DNA from: the human T2T-CHM13v2.0 reference genome, Homo sapiens | Strand: one strand, 5' to 3' | Length of the DNA: 64,000 nt | Assembly: GCF_009914755.1 (NCBI RefSeq) | Contig: NC_060929.1 | Part shown: positions 63,561 through 64,000 of the stretch, one piece after another | How the letters are laid out: each line of letters begins with the position of its first letter | How positions within the stretch are numbered: position 1 is the first letter of the stretch | The notes under the pieces: generated by a model | What the model was told of the DNA's origin: nothing | What the model saw: the letters and a program-made list of their open reading frames with translations, nothing else | The model's database searches: none | Made by a program: the position numbers and the translations under genes

Positions 63561-64000
63561 ACATGGAGGAAGGATCAGTCCTATCCAAACCATATGATTA
63601 AGAAATTCATAGTACTGCTAGGAAGAGGGAAGGGGTTATTGAGAAGGTAACGACAAATGTTCACTGTAATACTAAATCCAAAGTGGGCTGACTTGGGCTT
63701 TCTATCAGGGAAAAATACAAAGCAAAATACAGCTTCAAATAATTTGGTTTTTGCTTTGCATTCCATGAATTTGAACCCTGAAAGAGGCTTTAGGTAAACA
63801 CAGTTTATTTAACTTTTGGTACTGGTAGGTAATTTCTTCTTACAAGTATTCAATGTGATTGTAAAATTTTCATGTTACCACCAGTTGGTATTAGTAAACC
63901 AGGATAATAATTTCCAACAAAATCTTGTCACCTGAAGTTGTATCTTTAATATATTTCCCTAAATTATCAGTTACCTATATACTCTTTGACTCCCATCTTG

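Overview
Primate, most likely human, genomic DNA that looks intergenic or deep intronic. It is AT-rich with no CpG island, and I recognise no protein-coding exon or RNA gene. Nearly all ORFs in the track are Alu, L1 or LTR translations, or chance ORFs. The window is dominated by interspersed repeats: about 35 Alu/FAM/FLAM copies (many with clear TSDs), MIR, L2, old L1M, MaLR/ERVL/ERV1 LTRs, hAT and mariner fossils, and microsatellites. It also holds one 5'-intact, 3'-truncated L1PA (56767-60799) capped by an antisense AluY. I do not see a convincing new biological system. The most unusual unexplained structure is a 143-bp, 95%-identical inverted repeat (1568-1710 / 2362-2504, 651-bp spacer) whose arms each carry half a MADE1 (Hsmar1 TIR). 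Next are the L1/Alu junction, a 74-bp frameshifting duplication inside L1 ORF2, and a few candidate regulatory or exon-like stretches. Repeat subfamily names come from remembered consensus motifs, and the boundaries of old repeats are approximate.
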